In this document: positions 19,219 to 20,000 of the stretch, piece by piece
Layout of the letters: each line of letters starts with the position of its first letter
How positions within the stretch are numbered: position 1 is the stretch's first letter
DNA from: Catajapyx aquilonaris
Taxonomy: Eukaryota
NCBI GenBank assembly: GCA_000934665.2
Contig: JYFJ02001786.1
Span: forward strand, 50,060-70,059
DNA: 20,000 nucleotides
Direction of reading: 5' to 3'
Translations under genes and position numbers: made by a program
The notes under the pieces: generated by a model
The model's input: only the letters and a program-made list of their open reading frames with translations
Databases searched by the model: none
What the model was told of the DNA's origin: nothing

Positions 19219-20000
19219 AATGTCTAAGTATAAGTTACTAATACTGTACAGAGTCATAGGAAAGTCCCCCAGCATTTGCTTCAGGTATAGACACACGTCT
19301 GCACTTTGTAGAGTACAGTGAATCACTATACATAAGACGTAGAATTGCGATTAATAATTATTTTGTTTTAATAAGTGATTGCGGTATCAACATAGGCACT
19401 GGTTTCATATTTTGTTGACTTCAAGAATCAGTAACTTTCATTACTTTATGATCCCATACAAAAGTGTGACAGACATGCTTGTATTTTTTGTGTCCCTGAG
19501 TCCATTATCGAATGACAAGCCTTCGAAAGGAAAAAATCGTTGTATTGGAAATTGTGTTCAATCGCTTCTGAAAATACACCCCGCCCCCACCGGCCAAACT
19601 TTCACTTTTGTCGATTACACCTACAGCCAATTGTATGGCGATTGGCACAATCGAGATCTGTGAGGCGAGACCATCATACGTTGTCACACAGAGAGGATAA
19701 AGTTCTCTGACATTTTTTCAACTCCATATTAAATCTAAACTCCATTTATTTAATTTTCATTAAGGTTCCAGAAATCTGAGAGAGTTTTGTTTGACATTTG
19801 ACTTTCAAGTTAATTGCTTGCATTTTGTGTCCGCAATTAGCAAGGGATGCTTACTCATAACAAAATATATGTGTGCAAAAAACATACTATGGGAAGAGTT
19901 CCGAATCGTCGCAATATTTCCCCTGAAAACATGAAAACAAAACAGCATTATAAGCCCCCTGCGCGTCAGATAACGCATCAATGCAAAAACACCTTGTAGC

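Larger units (their letters stand above)
14554..20000 (+). other. Intron 1 of the Sox gene (5' part, >5.4 kb)
   Basis: Consensus donor CAG|GTAAGA at 14551-14559. I found no downstream exon encoding the expected ALHMKEHPDYKYRPRRK-like continuation in the window. The sequence is largely AT-rich and contains repeats. Confidence 0.8.

Noticed and set aside
1841..19926. STAT-type TTCNNNGAA sites (about 1841, 18205, 19918), given that Drosophila Sox21a is JAK/STAT-regulated
   Set aside because: Few, scattered and no more frequent than chance.

Overview
Eukaryotic, almost certainly insect, genomic DNA; a SINE fragment resembles repeats I recall from orthopteran/blattodean genomes. The only supportable host gene is the first coding exon of a SoxB2 HMG-box gene, most like insect Sox21a (ATG 14351, splice donor after 14553 inside the HMG box). 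Exon 2 lies beyond the window, so about 14 kb is upstream DNA and more than 5.4 kb is intron 1. The non-coding DNA holds several mobile elements: a 642-bp loop-less palindromic Tc1-type MITE (610-1251), a Tc1/mariner derivative built from two inverted 3' ends (16545-17310), a TIR element with internal motif repeats (12293-12936) and a 5'-truncated SINE with a 15-bp TSD (18965-19218). Notable observations: (i) 5-bp TA-CNG-TA insertions that look like Tc1/mariner excision footprints, shown by arm-to-arm comparison and enriched across intron 1; (ii) three dense motif clusters that may be Sox21a enhancers (10 CAGGTG; 8 ACAATGT; Su(H)+GATA+Sox); (iii) a perfect 32-bp palindrome; (iv) an open AUG-less 5' extension and uORFs in the Sox leader. 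All counts were made by eye and chance expectations are rough estimates; regulatory roles are inference.
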